Assembly: GCF_036321535.1 (NCBI RefSeq)
Contig: NC_087436.1
Location: 65,970,001 to 66,034,000 of the forward strand
DNA length: 64,000 nt
Direction: 5' to 3'
Source: Camelus dromedarius
Lineage: Eukaryota
Shown: piece after piece, positions 1 to 12,354 of the stretch
Position numbering within the stretch: position 1 is the stretch's first letter
Layout of the letters: each line of letters starts with the position of its first letter
Made by a program: the position numbers and the translations under genes
Notes under the pieces: model-generated
Told to the model about the DNA's origin: nothing
Database searches by the model: none
The model's input: the letters and a program-made list of their open reading frames with translations, nothing else

Positions 1-342
1 CCCAGAAACAGTTTGGAAGCCTCTACTCCAAAAACAGGGGAGCAGACCCAGCCCCTGTTAGTGCTGTGACAACCACAGAGCAAAGAAGAGGCCCCACTCA
101 ACAACCAGTGCAGGCTCTGGTCACCACAACACTAACCAAACTCCCCATCAAGGCGATAACATCCAGCACACACAGAGGAAAGACATAGCAACCATTCATA
201 TTAAAAACAGCCATCATGACAAAATTATTAAATGCATACAGCCTGCACAGGGATGCTCCCACTTAAAAAAAAAAAAACAGTACTTTGAGACTACAGTGAT
301 AACTTTTACTTCTAAATTCATAGCATCAGAGAAATATTAGTA

Positions 343-1235
343 AAACAAAGCAGAGGAACCACTCCTAATTAAAAGAACAAGACAAGTCCCCTGAAAGAAC
401 AAACAATTAAATAGACCTCAACAGTCTACTAGATCATGACTTCAAAAAGGAGGCGATATTAGCACTGAAGGAAATAAGAGAGACTATCAATAGAAATGCA
501 GAATACTATAAAAACGAAATAGAAACTATAAAGAGAAGCCAATTAAAATCAGGAAATTCAATGGCTGAATTAAAAGCCAACATAAAGGCAGTCAAAAGCA
601 GACTAAATAACACAGATGAATGAATAAGTGATTTAGAAGAGAGGATAAGACAAATCACCCAGTAAGAAAAGCAGACAGAAAAACAAATGAACACCAAAGA
701 AAGCAACATAAGGGATCTATGGGATAATATAAAACATGCCCATCTACACATAATAGGGATCCCAGAAGGAGGAGAAAGAGAAAAGGGGATAGTAAAAGTA
801 TTTGAAGAAATCATGACTGAAAATTTCCCAAACCTAAAGAAGAAAACAGATACCCAAGTACAGGAACCACAGAGGGTCCCAAACAAAATGAACTCAAACA
901 GACCTACACCAAGACATATTATAATTAAGATGGCCAAGTTTAAAGAAAAAATTCTAAAGGCAGAAAGAGAAAAACAAAGAATTAGTTACAAGGGAACCCC
1001 ATTAGGCTTTCAGCTGATTTCTCTACATAAATACTGCTGGCCAGAAAAGAGTGGCAAGATATATTTAAAGTCCTGAATGAAAAAAATCTACAATCTTCCG
1101 AGGTATACTCTACCCAGCAAGGCTATTTTTAGAATAGAAGGAGAGATAAACAGTTTCACAGACAAGCAAAAACTAAAAGAATTCAGCAACACTAAAGCTA
1201 TACTAAAAGAAATACTGAAAGGGCCTTCCCTAAAT
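343..1235 (+). pseudogene. L1 ORF1p remnant (coiled-coil/RRM/CTD), disrupted
   Basis: ORF fragments 687-1076 (IRDLWDNIK..IIGIPEGGEREKG..FEEIMTENFPNL..RPTPRHIIIKM) and 1077-1325 (IEGEINSFTDKQKLKEF) are typical of L1 ORF1. Upstream stops and frameshifts are present, and there is no intact ATG at the expected start. Boundaries are approximate. Confidence 0.93.
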
Positions 1236-2374
1236 AGAAAAGCAGGAAGCTATAGAAAAGAAAAAACTGTAATCGGATATGTGACAGCTACAATGAGCTA
1301 TAACAGAATAAACATGAAGACATAAAAGAGGACAACAAAATCATAAAATGTGGGAGAGGGGAGCAAGAAAATGTAGATTTTTTTTCATTCTTCTTAGGAT
1401 GTGTGAGAGGATAGAAAAAGATATTTCATGCACATAGAAATGACAAGAAAGTGAGAATAGCAATACTCAAACAAAATAGACTTTAAAACAAAGGCTACAG
1501 AGAAAGGTAAATAAGGATTATATAATAATGATCAAAGGAGCAATACAAGAAGGGGATATTACACTAATTAACATATGTGCACCCAATATAGGAACACCTA
1601 AATATATAAAACAAACACTAACACACATAAAGGGAGAAATTGATGGGACCACAATAATCCTGGCATACTTTAACACTCCACTAATATCATTGGACAGATC
1701 TTCCAGACAGAAAATCAATAAGGCAATACTAAATGACACAACAGGACAATTGGACTTAGTTGATATTTTTAGGAATAACATCCCCCTAAAACAGAATATA
1801 CATTTTTTTCAAGTGCACATGGAACCTTCTCTAAGATTGATCACATACTCAAACACAAAAGAAGCCTCAACAAATTTAAGCGGATAGAAATTATTTCAAG
1901 TAACTATTCTGACCATAATGGCATGAAGCTAGAAGTCAAACAGAGGGGGGAAAAATGAGAAGAAAAAGCCAGTATGGAGACTAAACAATATGCTACCAAT
2001 GGGTCAACGATGAAATCAAAGAAGAAATTTGAAAATACCTTGAGACAAATGACAGTGAAAACACAACCAAACAAAATCTATGGACTGCAGCAAAAGCAGT
2101 CCTAAAAGGGAAGTTCATAGCCATACAGGCCTTCCTCAAAAAACAAGAACAATCTCAAGTAAACAGTCTAACTTATCACCTAAAAGAATTGGAAAAAGAA
2201 CAAACAAAACCTAAAGTCAGCAGAAGGAAGGAAATAATAAAGATCAGGGAGGAAATAAATAAGAGATTAAAAAAACAAAAGAAAAAAATAAATCAAGACA
2301 AGAGCTGTTTTTTTGGAAAGAGTAAACAAAATCAACAAACCTCTGGCCAGGGTCACCAAAAAGAAACAACAGAG

Positions 2375-2461
2375 CATACAAATAAACAAAAAACAAAACA
2401 AAACAAACAGAGAAAAAAAAGGAAAAAAAGAAAGAAAGAAAGAAAAAAGGAAAAAGGAAAA
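2375..2461 (+). repeat. A-rich compound microsatellite (AAAC/GAAA) expanded inside L1 ORF2
   Basis: The run aaataaacaaaaaacaaaacaaaacaaac...gaaagaaagaaagaaaaaagg interrupts ORF2-like sequence. Confidence 0.85.
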
Positions 2462-2964
2462 TGGAGAAATGCAACCAACACCACAGAAATACAAAAAAAA
2501 AAAAAAAACAAAACCTGTAAGAGAATACTATTAACAAATATATGGCAAAAAACTAAACAACCTAGAAGAAATAGACAAGTTTCTAGAAATATATAGTCCA
2601 CCAAAACTGAATAAAAAAGAAAGAGATCATTTGAACAGACTGATCACAAGAAGTGAAATACAATCAGCAATAAAAAACCTCCCTGCAAACAAAAGTCCAG
2701 GATCCAATGGTTCACTGGGGAAGTCTACCAAACAAAGATCTCATACCAATCCATCTCAAATTCTTCCAAAGATTGAAAAGGAGAGAATACTCTCAAACTT
2801 ATTTTATGAAGCCACCATCACTCTGATACCAAAACCACATAAAGATATTGCCATAAAAGAAAATTGCAGGCCAATATCATTGATGAACATAAATGCAAAA
2901 ATTTGCAACAAAATATTAGCAAACACAATCCAACAACACATAAAAAAGATCGTACACTCTGATC

Positions 2965-3875
2965 TGTGGGAGTGCAAACTTGGGTTAACAAACTTTGATA
3001 TTGTAATAATTGCTTTTACCAAATAATATTCTCACCTTTATGTATTCTCACCTTCATGTAAACACATAAGCAATGTATAATCAAAACCAATGCTTTCTAT
3101 ATTTGTGATTATACTTCTACTTCAAAGCAAAATGTCCAAAAGCACAAAAGACTAAACTCTCAATACCAGTCACCACCTTATCTATGGAACTTAGCTTAGT
3201 TGCCTGGAAGCTGCTTTGCTAGCAGGAATCTGCGATAATCTATCTCCTCGCCATAAAAAGCAGAGACATGCTTGGTTTGCTTTACTTATTAGTTCAAGGT
3301 CATAGATTCAGGGCTGCTTGTGCTTATGGAAAACCATAACTCGCCCCTTGCCCTAACCTGCAGGACGTGCTTCGCTCCTCAGGCACAGGTGGATAGTGTA
3401 GGCTGCTCTTGCTCACAGAAGACTGTGGGTTAGCACTTAGCTGGGAACGGCTGGGCTGCTTTGCATGCTTAGATGATTTCTGATCATTGTATGGAGACTT
3501 TGTGGTGGTCTGGTTTTTCATTAACAATTGTTCAGAACACTGTAACCTTGCTCATGATTGAGGCTTAAGATAACCGTTTGTACTATCAATATTGTAACCT
3601 TCTCTAAGTATAAATTAAGATTATAATGTTTCTGTTTTTCACAAACTGAAACTATTGACCTACAACCCTGCACGTATACCATGCTCCTTACTCATCTCTA
3701 TGACATATTTTACTTTGACTCTGATTATTCTCAACAAATACAACAGCTTTGGAGGAGCTCAGGGAGTTGGTCTCTGGCTCCCTCTCACTCCCTTGTCTTA
3801 ATAAAGTCTTGAGTAATTTCATTCTTCTGCAGTGGGACTTTCGCTGGACAAAACCCACAATGAACAGAACCCACA
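2965..3875 (+). mobile_element. Solo LTR, probably class II (ERVK/betaretrovirus-like), inserted in L1 ORF2
   Basis: Termini are TGTGGG (2965) and CCCACA (3870-3875). Flanks ctgatc (2959-2964) and atgatc (3876-3881) form a 6-bp TSD with 1 mismatch. AATAAA lies at 3800-3805. L1 ORF2 reads through across the insert (..QQHIKKIVH|DQVGFI..). Confidence 0.88.
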
Positions 3876-5502
3876 ATGATCAAGTTGGATTCATCCTAGA
3901 GACACAAGGATGGTTCAACATATGCAAATCAATCAACCTGATACACTACATAAACAAACAAACAAAAAAGGACAAAAGTCACATGATCACCTCAATAGAT
4001 GTAGAAAAAGGATTTAATAAAATTCAACAGCCATTTTTGATAAACGTTGTAACCAAAGAGGGTATAGAGGGAACATATCTCAACATAATAAGAGTTATTT
4101 ATGACAAACCCACAGCCAGCATAATACTCAATGGCAAAAAGCTGACAGTCTTTCTGTTAAAATCTGGAACGAGACAAGGATGCCCACTCTCACCACTTTT
4201 ATTCAACATAGTATTGGAAGCCCTAGCCACAGCAATCAGATAAGAAAAAGGAATAAAAAACACCCAAGTAGGAAGAGAAGTAAAATTGTCACTATATGGG
4301 TTTGACATTATACTATATATAGAAAACCCTAAAGGCTCCACATAAAAACTACTGAAGCTGATAAAGGAAATTGACAAGGTAGTAGGATACAAAATTAACA
4401 TACAAAATTGAGTTGCATTTCTTTACACTAACAATGAAATATTAGAAAAGAAAAATAAACAAGCCTTTTTAAAATTACATCCAAAAACATAAAGTACTTA
4501 TAAAGAAATCTGACCAAGGAGTTTAAAGACTTACATGCTGAGAATTACAAAAAAAATTAAAGAAATTAAAGACAACTTAAAGAAATGGAAAGACATCCCA
4601 TGCTCTTGGATTGGAAGAATGAATATTGTTAAAATGGCCATACTACCTAAAGCAAGCTACAGATTCAATGTAATCCCTATCAAATTACCCATGACACTTT
4701 CAGAAACTAGAACAAAGAATCCTAAAATCTATAGGAATCACAAAAGTTCCAAAATTGCTAAAGCAATACTAAAGAAAAGAATGGTGCTGGAGGAATAACC
4801 TTCCCAGACTTCAGGCAATACTACAGAGCTACAGTAATCAAAATAGTGTGATATTGGCACAAAAACAGACATATGGGTCAAGGGAACAGAATACAGAGCC
4901 CAAAAGTAAACCCACAGACTTATGGTCAATAAATCTTCAACAAAGGAGGCAATAATATACAATGGAGAAAAGATACTGTCTTCATCATGTGGTATTGGGA
5001 AAACTGTACAGCTGCATGCAAATCAATGAAGTTAGAACATTATCTCACATAATACACAAAAATATACTCAAAATGGCTTAAAGCCTTAAATATGAGACAA
5101 TATATACCTCCTAGAAGAAAACATTCTCTGACATAGATCTTAGCAATGTTCTTCTAGGGCAGTCTACCCAGGCAATAGAAGTAAAAGCAAAATAAACAAA
5201 TTAAACATATAAGCTTTTGCAAAGCAAAGGAAACCATAAGCAAAACAAAATGTCAGCCTATGGAATGGGAGAAAATAAGCACTGCAGATACTAACTACTA
5301 TATATAAAATAGGTATACAACAAGTTTATTCTGAATAGCATAGGGAACTATATTCAATATCTTGTAGTAACCTATAATGAAAAGGAATATGAAAACGAAT
5401 ATATGTATGTGTATGTATGACTGAAACATTACAATGCACACAAGAAATTGACACAACATTGTAAACTGACTATACTTTAATAAGAAAGATTTAAATAAAA
5501 AA

Positions 5503-7125
5503 GAATTCCTTATCACCCCAGAAAGTTCCTTCATGTCTTTCCTTCATCCCTAAAAGACAATTTTTTCAATCTTTTTAAAAAATAGATTAATCCTTCCTAT
5601 TTTACACATTTTAATAAATGTGATTATAAAGCATGCACTTTTTTTGTATGAGACTCTTATTCAGCATAATTATTTTGAATTATCTCCATGTAATTGTGTA
5701 TCTTTTTTTTTATTTCTGAGTAATAATCCATTGATGAATATGCCATTTTTTAAAGAAAAGTTCAATGTCTTGTGAATGGAGACCTGAGACATTTCCAAGT
5801 TTTACCAATTATAAATAAGTTGTTGTGAGCATTCCTGTGCAAACTTTTTGGATATGTGCTTTCATTTCTCTTGATTCCACAATTAAGTGTATATTACATT
5901 TTATGAAAAACTTCCAGACTTTTCCCATAGTGATTGTACTATTTTTTCTTCCACAACAATGTACAAGAGTTTCTATTCTCTGCTCACCTTTTTGGTGGAT
6001 GTGTAGTTTAGTTTAATGCGTTTTTTTTTTTTTTCTCCCTGCTCCTTTTTCACTTTTTCCAGTGCTTTCCTGCTCCTCACTCTTCTTGCCATATATCTCA
6101 GCAAATACTGTGATAGGGTTGATGGCAATGTGTGTGAGATTTGCATATCCTTAAAGGATAATGATGTTCAACATTTTCTTACGTGCTTGTTGATCTTTTG
6201 TATACCATCCTCCTGTTGTCTCCAAAGTCTTCCCACATTTTTATAGGACTATTTATTATCTTCGTATGAAGTTGTTGGCATATTTTATATATTCAGAATA
6301 CAAGTCCTTTGTCTGATATATGTTTTGCAATTTGTTCTCCCAGTCTGTGGTGTCTTTATTAATTTTCTTACTGACAACAAATGGGACATATTTTTCCTTT
6401 ATTTTCATAAAGAAGTTTTTAATTATGAAATCTAATACATCTTTTTAAAAAATTTTATAGTCATTGTATTCTGGTCTCAGTTTTAGAACTTATGTCTATA
6501 CACCAGTTGCAACTATACCTTGCTATGCTATCTTCTAGGAACATAATTTTGATTTTCACATTTATGTTCACCTTTAATTAATTTTTGTTTATGATGTCTG
6601 CTCTTCTTATGGCACATGCTTTTCTGTTCTTTTATTATCAACTTACCTAAATTTTAATATTTAAAGCACAACTCTGTAGTTGTGCCTTGTTTTTTCACCA
6701 AGTCTGATGATCTCTGACTTTTAATGGATCCATTTATATACATATAAAATCATATTTAATATAATTATCAATATGAGTAGGTTTAGGTGTGTCATTTTAC
6801 TGTTTTCAGTTCCTTCAGTTTTATTTTGACCTTCTTTATCGATTTTTCTAACTTCTTTTTCATTATTTAATATTTTTGCTAGACTCAGATTCCCAGTTAT
6901 ACACTGGCTTTTTAAACATCTTAAGACATAGCTGACATGCAATAATCTGTACACATTAAAAGTGTATAAGTTGATAAGTTTTGACATAAGAATAGGCCCA
7001 TATAACCATCACCACAATCAAGATAATGAACATATAAATCATTCCCCACATTTTTCTCTTTGTAAACCTTTTCTCTTATCCCCAGGCAGCTGTGGATTTG
7101 CTTTTTTGTTACTACAGGTAGAGAT
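5503..7125 (-). mobile_element. Patchwork of old L1M (L1MC/L1ME-type) fragments
   Basis: T-rich antisense L1 motifs such as atcaccccagaaagttccttcatg, gatacaagtcctttgtctgatatatgttttgcaa and ttaaaagtgtataagttgataagttttgaca. Confidence 0.75.
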
Positions 7126-7127
7126 TG

Positions 7128-7200
7128 TTTGACATTTTGTGCTGGATAATGGTGCATTGTAGATTATTCTGCAGTACTTCTGGTCTCTACCTAGTATATG
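7128..7200. mobile_element. MER20-like hAT DNA transposon fragment
   Basis: gctggataat..gtgcattgtagatt..gcagtacttctggtctctacc resembles the recalled MER20 core. Confidence 0.55.
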
Positions 7201-7714
7201 ACCTTACTTGGCCAGGACTGACCTTCTCAAGTCCACTCACAATATGGCTACCTGCACATTTCTTAACCAAAACAATCAATTCACTTGAAAACTTCAATCA
7301 TGAACAACAGATCAACACAGAAGGCAACTTGGGTAAGTCACAAGTGAAGGAATGAGTACAGTCAAATGGATGTACATTCTGGAAACAATATCAATTATCA
7401 ATATCCCTTTTCTATGTGTGAGCAATCCCTTACATGGATATCAAGACAATGATCAGCAATGATGTGAGCTGATACACATTTCAATTCAGATAGCACAGAC
7501 TAAGGTTGAGAAATATTAGGCAAATAGTTTTGTGATACACACTTATTAAAAAGACTGCATTCAAGATCCAATTTCCACAAAAGTGAACACAGAAGATTTT
7601 ATGAATAAATCCAGCTCTTTGCATGCATTTTATTTCACATTTTACATTTAAATAAAACAAATTACAACTTTTCAAAAAAGAGTATTTTCCAAAGGACAAG
7701 ATGGGTTATGCTTT

Positions 7715-8180
7715 ATTAAGTATCATGAATGTACTACTGAATAAACTTTAACAAACCACCCCATATTTAGGCACATAAAAACAACATTCCCTTATTTTTA
7801 TCATGTATTACAGTTCTCAGGATCAACTAGGCTCAACTAATCAGTCATTGGTCAATTTCTCATTCAGAGAGTGGCTGGGTGGAGTCACCTATAAAATTCC
7901 TTACTCACATACCTCAGTCAGGAAGACTCAAACAGTTGGGATTAGCTGAATCTCCTAGGGCAATTTACTCCACATGGGCTCCTTAGTCTATTCCAAGACA
8001 AACCAGCAGAAACTGCGTGTTCTCTTCTAGCCTAGTCTCAGAACTCATGTAGCACCACTTTGACCACATTCTAATCATTGAGGCACACTCACCAAGGTAT
8101 GGTAAGGTTCAGAAGAAGACCACATCTACTCTAACTCTTTATGAGAGGAGTATGAGTATTTACAGATATGGTTAACTCAA
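7715..8180 (-). mobile_element. Old MaLR LTR (MLT1F/G/H-like)
   Basis: taacaaaccacccc..aaacaaca; ctagcctagtctcagaactcatgtagcaccactttgaccacattcta. Confidence 0.65.
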
Positions 8181-9617
8181 AGAGCACACAACGGGCTATG
8201 TTGTTTGTTTTTTTTTTAATTTAAACCATACATTTAAAAATTCATTTCTTTATGTAAAATGAAAATCTAAACTATTTCAATCTTGGCCTCAGGAATTCAC
8301 CATGACAACTGTGCTCTTCTAATTCTCCAGTATATTTGATTGTCTATCTAGAGGTTACTTAACAGGTTTTCCATCCCTAAGATACTAAAGCTGCATGAAG
8401 ACGGTCCCTTTGTATTCTGGTGTGTAATCATGGAAACTTAGTTTACAGAATTGTTTCCACCATTTGTAAACAATCATCTGCATACACAAGTAGATAAGCC
8501 TAATCTATTTCCACCACTTTCATTCCTGTATCACACATTCACCAGATAATGAAATTCACCATGATTTTGCACAAATTGAAGACACTTTCAGGAAAACACT
8601 ACTTCAAAATTATAATATTCTGTGTTTTATTTTTCACACGATGGAAAATAATAATTATAAAGGCATTATCTCTTTCCAGAACAATAGTTTGGAGGAACAG
8701 GTGCATGTCATCTCAATCTCAGTCTGGAGCTCATTTCAATAAACTCAAACGGGCTGCATTTTTTAAGACAGCACTATTAGTTGTCTCCTTTGTTACAATC
8801 ATTTTTTGCAGTTCTCACATCTGTCCAAGTCCATACACATAGTCCCCAAGAGGAAGCAGATGTTACAAAGTTATAATTTAGATGTCTGTTTTGACTTTTA
8901 GACAAAATCTGGACAGCAAACATCCTGCCCTGTTAAGCAGCATTATCAAATGCAAATTGCTGATGATTTTATTTTCATTAGTTTGTCACTTCTTTTGAAA
9001 TGATTGTCTCAGTAATTAGTGCTGGGAAAAACAATATCCTTGGAATGCTTAGCCCTTAAATAGGTAGAAAGGGAGGGAAGAAGAGGAATGGAGGAAGGGA
9101 GATAGTAGGGGACGGAGAAGTAGAGGAAAATGATAGATAGATATTAATAGATGAGATAAATTTAGACATTTATATACCTCAAAGTCAAGTGTGATTTTGT
9201 AGTAATACTTGAAATTTTATGATAAGTGTTAAATTGACTTAACAATATCCAAAAATATTTGATTTTCCCAGAAAAATCTAACTCCATGTATAACACTACT
9301 CAAAAATAAAAATATCAGATACTGACTAATGAAAAAAGAAAATACAGGCAGACTTTTGTGGATGTTAATTAGGTTTTGGTACTGATTTTAGTTTGAATTT
9401 TATTTTGTTTGTACATCTTGTGTAATCCTACACATATTATTTCTGAAGAATTAATGGCAGGTTTAAAACTCTATTAATTTTCATACTGTAGCATTTTTAT
9501 TTCATTGCTTATCTATTTAATTTACAAAATAAACACACAAAATAAGTGAATCGAATGTAATTTTCAGTTTAGTATCCTAGTAGATGCATTTTCTACTTAA
9601 TTTTTAGCAGATATTCT

Positions 9618-9650
9618 GTGATGATGATTATGATAATGATGATGATGATA
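9618..9650. repeat. Imperfect (GAT)n microsatellite
   Basis: gtgatgatgattatgataatgatgatgatgata. Confidence 0.85.
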
Positions 9651-12003
9651 ACAAAACCAAGAAAATACAAAACACAATAAAGTTGAGGACCTACTCTTCA
9701 GTACATAGAATTTTTTTCTAAAGCAATTCTGACATATCAATATTCAAAGGCAATTTTCCTGCTTTGAAATTCCAAAGTATACATCTATGCTGCTTACATA
9801 ATTTTAGCCTATTATGAATTTAATGAAAATATAAAAGCTATGCCAAATCACTTGTATATTCTTCCTGTCCTGAGTATAAAAAGAATACTTAATTTTTTCA
9901 CTACATTTATAGAAGACAGCATGATTTTTTCCTACAGTAAATGAAATCCTCACTTGATACTATTTAATTATTTCAAACTAGGTTAAATACTTTTTTACCA
10001 CATAAAAATGAGACAATCGCACCCATTTTGTCTGTAATAAGTGAATATAAAACATTATACAAATATTTGCAATTATGTAAGTTATCCAAAAAATAAAATT
10101 ATAAAGTATTTCATATTTCTATGATACAAGCTTAAACTAGATATTCATTCACATGTATGTTATGCCCAACAACACCCAATTACTTTGGAAGTTTGCTTTA
10201 AAACAAGAGTGATACTATAGGGACACAAAATTGCAGGATGCTGTCAATAATTGTCCATGCTTTTCTTTGTTTCCCTCAAATAATTATGATACATAAAATA
10301 GTGACTTAGAGTAATTGAAAATAAGATTTGAAAAAACTTTTATATGAGAGAATATCCACAGAATTACATTAAACTCACAATAAGAATACAAGGCTGTAGT
10401 AAGGTTTAACAGTCTTCTGACTTTTGTTTAAATATATAGTACCCAACATTTACAAGGTTGTAACTTTTTGGGGTATTTGATAGAACTGGATTTAAAATCC
10501 TGAAAGTGTAAGACTTAAACTGCTTAGTTTATTTCTCTATTGAGTATACAATTGTTGAATATTTTGACTTCATTTGAGTTAGTTTTGGTAAGTTATTTCT
10601 CTAAGAATATTTTCAATTCTTCTATATTTTTAAAGCTAGTGCCATAACATTGTTTGTAATAGTCTCCTATTACCTACACCTCATCTCTAAAACTTCTTTA
10701 TATGATTCATTTTCCATTCCTAGTTCATTTAACATTCTCTCCTTCTTTAAAATAATTATCTCATGTCATAACTTTTCTGTGTGTGCATGTAAGATTTATC
10801 AAAAAAGAACGTACAAGGATTATTCAAGGAATAATAGAGATGGAATTTTTCCATGGCATGTATTGTAAAGTAAAAGTTACAAAGTTTGGAACAGCATGCT
10901 ACTAATCTATTTACACAATAAAATGTAAGTGGTGAAAATGAAACAACATCAAACAGAATACAAAAGAATATAATATTTAAGAAATACCACACAAACATTT
11001 TGAATAAATTACATCATAAATGATGATTCACTTATATTTTAATTATTAGGAAGTAAAATAAATTTAACTTAACATATATAACAAAATCTTTCAAAGTATG
11101 ATGATTGTCTAAGAGAATTTTTAAAAACAACAGAATGGCACTGTAACAAATGTATTTCTATCATCCTAGGATAAAAATGACACCCCAAATTAAATATTAC
11201 TAACAAATCACAAATACAAATACTGATATGACAAAGAACATGAATAATTTAAATTTTTTATAATCAACTTCAATAATAAAATGCAAAAATAATGTAATTT
11301 TGAATATTTATTATGTCAAGTAAAGTACTAATATTTATGGTATTAGCACAGACTTTAAAAATAGATAAAACAAATGTGAATTCCATAGAATAATACTGGC
11401 AAAATATAATGAGGATTTTTAAAAAATTAGAATTTCAGGTGTTCATAAATTCTCAAAAATGTGGTACACAAACAATAATCATACCTCATACTTTATCAAA
11501 TCAGTGAAGATTTTTAAAATTAGCATTAGCAAATAACTGCTAAAATTTTTATAAAGTATTTTTAGAAACAGAAATTGAATAATATGTATGATGACAATTT
11601 TTCAGTATGAATGTAGTGTCTTAACCTTTCTGATTTAATTAAGTGCTATACATTTAATTACAGGTAGTCAAAGAAATAAATCAGAGATGTGAATAATAAA
11701 TTTTAAAATATCTACTAGGATTATGATTGTCATATCATTTATAATATTAATGATTATTAAGTCATTATAATTATTGCATAATAAATTATGTAAGCATTAA
11801 AATATTTAGAGATGTCTAATAATTATGATAAATACCATCAGAATCTATTCTTTTTATGACAAAAATAATTTATATTCATTATAAAAATATACACTATTTT
11901 AAAAATAAATATTAATATGTAATGCATGCACATACATATTTACATATACTACAGGTACTATATATATGAATATAATTGTTGATAAATTAAAAATGTTTTT
12001 TAA

Positions 12004-12315
12004 CTTTTTTTATCGAGTTATAGTCATTTTACAACATTGTGTCAAATTCCAGTGTAGAGCACAATTTTGCAGTTATACATGAACATACATATATTCATTG
12101 TCACTTTTTTTTTTTGCTATGAGCTACCAGAAGATCTTGTATATATTTCCCTGTGCTATACAGTTCAATCTTGTTTATCTATTCTGCATATGCCTGTCAG
12201 TATCTACAGATTTTGAAATCCCAGTCTGTCCCTTCCCACCCCCCACCCTCTTGGCAACCACAAGTTTGTATTCTATGTTTATGAGTCTGTTTCTGTTTTG
12301 TATTTATGTTGGTCT
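12004..12315 (-). mobile_element. 5'-truncated lineage-specific L1 3'UTR
   Basis: A poly-T run followed by atcgagttatagtcattttacaacattgtgtcaaattccagtgt..ttccctgtgctatacag..tcccagtctgtcccttcccacc..ggcaaccacaagtttgtattctatg. This is related to the reverse complement of the 3'UTR at 5280-5480. Confidence 0.9.
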
Positions 12316-12354
12316 TTTTTTTCTTTTTTCTTTTCTTTAATAAATTTAAATAAA

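Larger units (their letters stand above)
1404..5277 (+). pseudogene. L1 ORF2p remnant (APE endonuclease + RT), frameshifted, truncated at both ends, catalytically dead
   Basis: EN fragment at 1528-1887 (ITLINICAPNIG..FNTPL). RT fragments at 2631-2960, 3876-4243 and 4535-4798. The catalytic motif reads [16 protein letters not shown], with YGFD at 4295-4306 in place of Y/FADD. Confidence 0.94.
1..5502 (+). mobile_element. Decayed near-full-length LINE-1 (camelid-type); 5'UTR runs off the window start; interrupted by an LTR
   Basis: The order is ORF1-like, then ORF2 EN/RT-like translations (e.g. [56 protein letters not shown]), then an L1 3'UTR at ~5280-5480 and an A-rich tail at ~5480-5502. 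Confidence 0.97.

Noticed and set aside
687..4798. L1 ORF fragments as an active retroelement or a novel RT system
   Set aside because: There are many stops and frameshifts, two deletions, an LTR insertion and a mutated catalytic motif (YGFD).
506..4962. Minus-strand hydrophobic ORFs (506-937, 1518-1781, 2244-2604, 4099-4401, 4738-4962)
   Set aside because: These are antisense shadows of A-rich L1 sequence and the microsatellite, not independent genes.
7420..7480. tgatcagcaatgatgtgagctgat as a C/D box snoRNA
   Set aside because: There is no exact RTGATGA box, the spacing to CTGA is too short, and there is no terminal stem.
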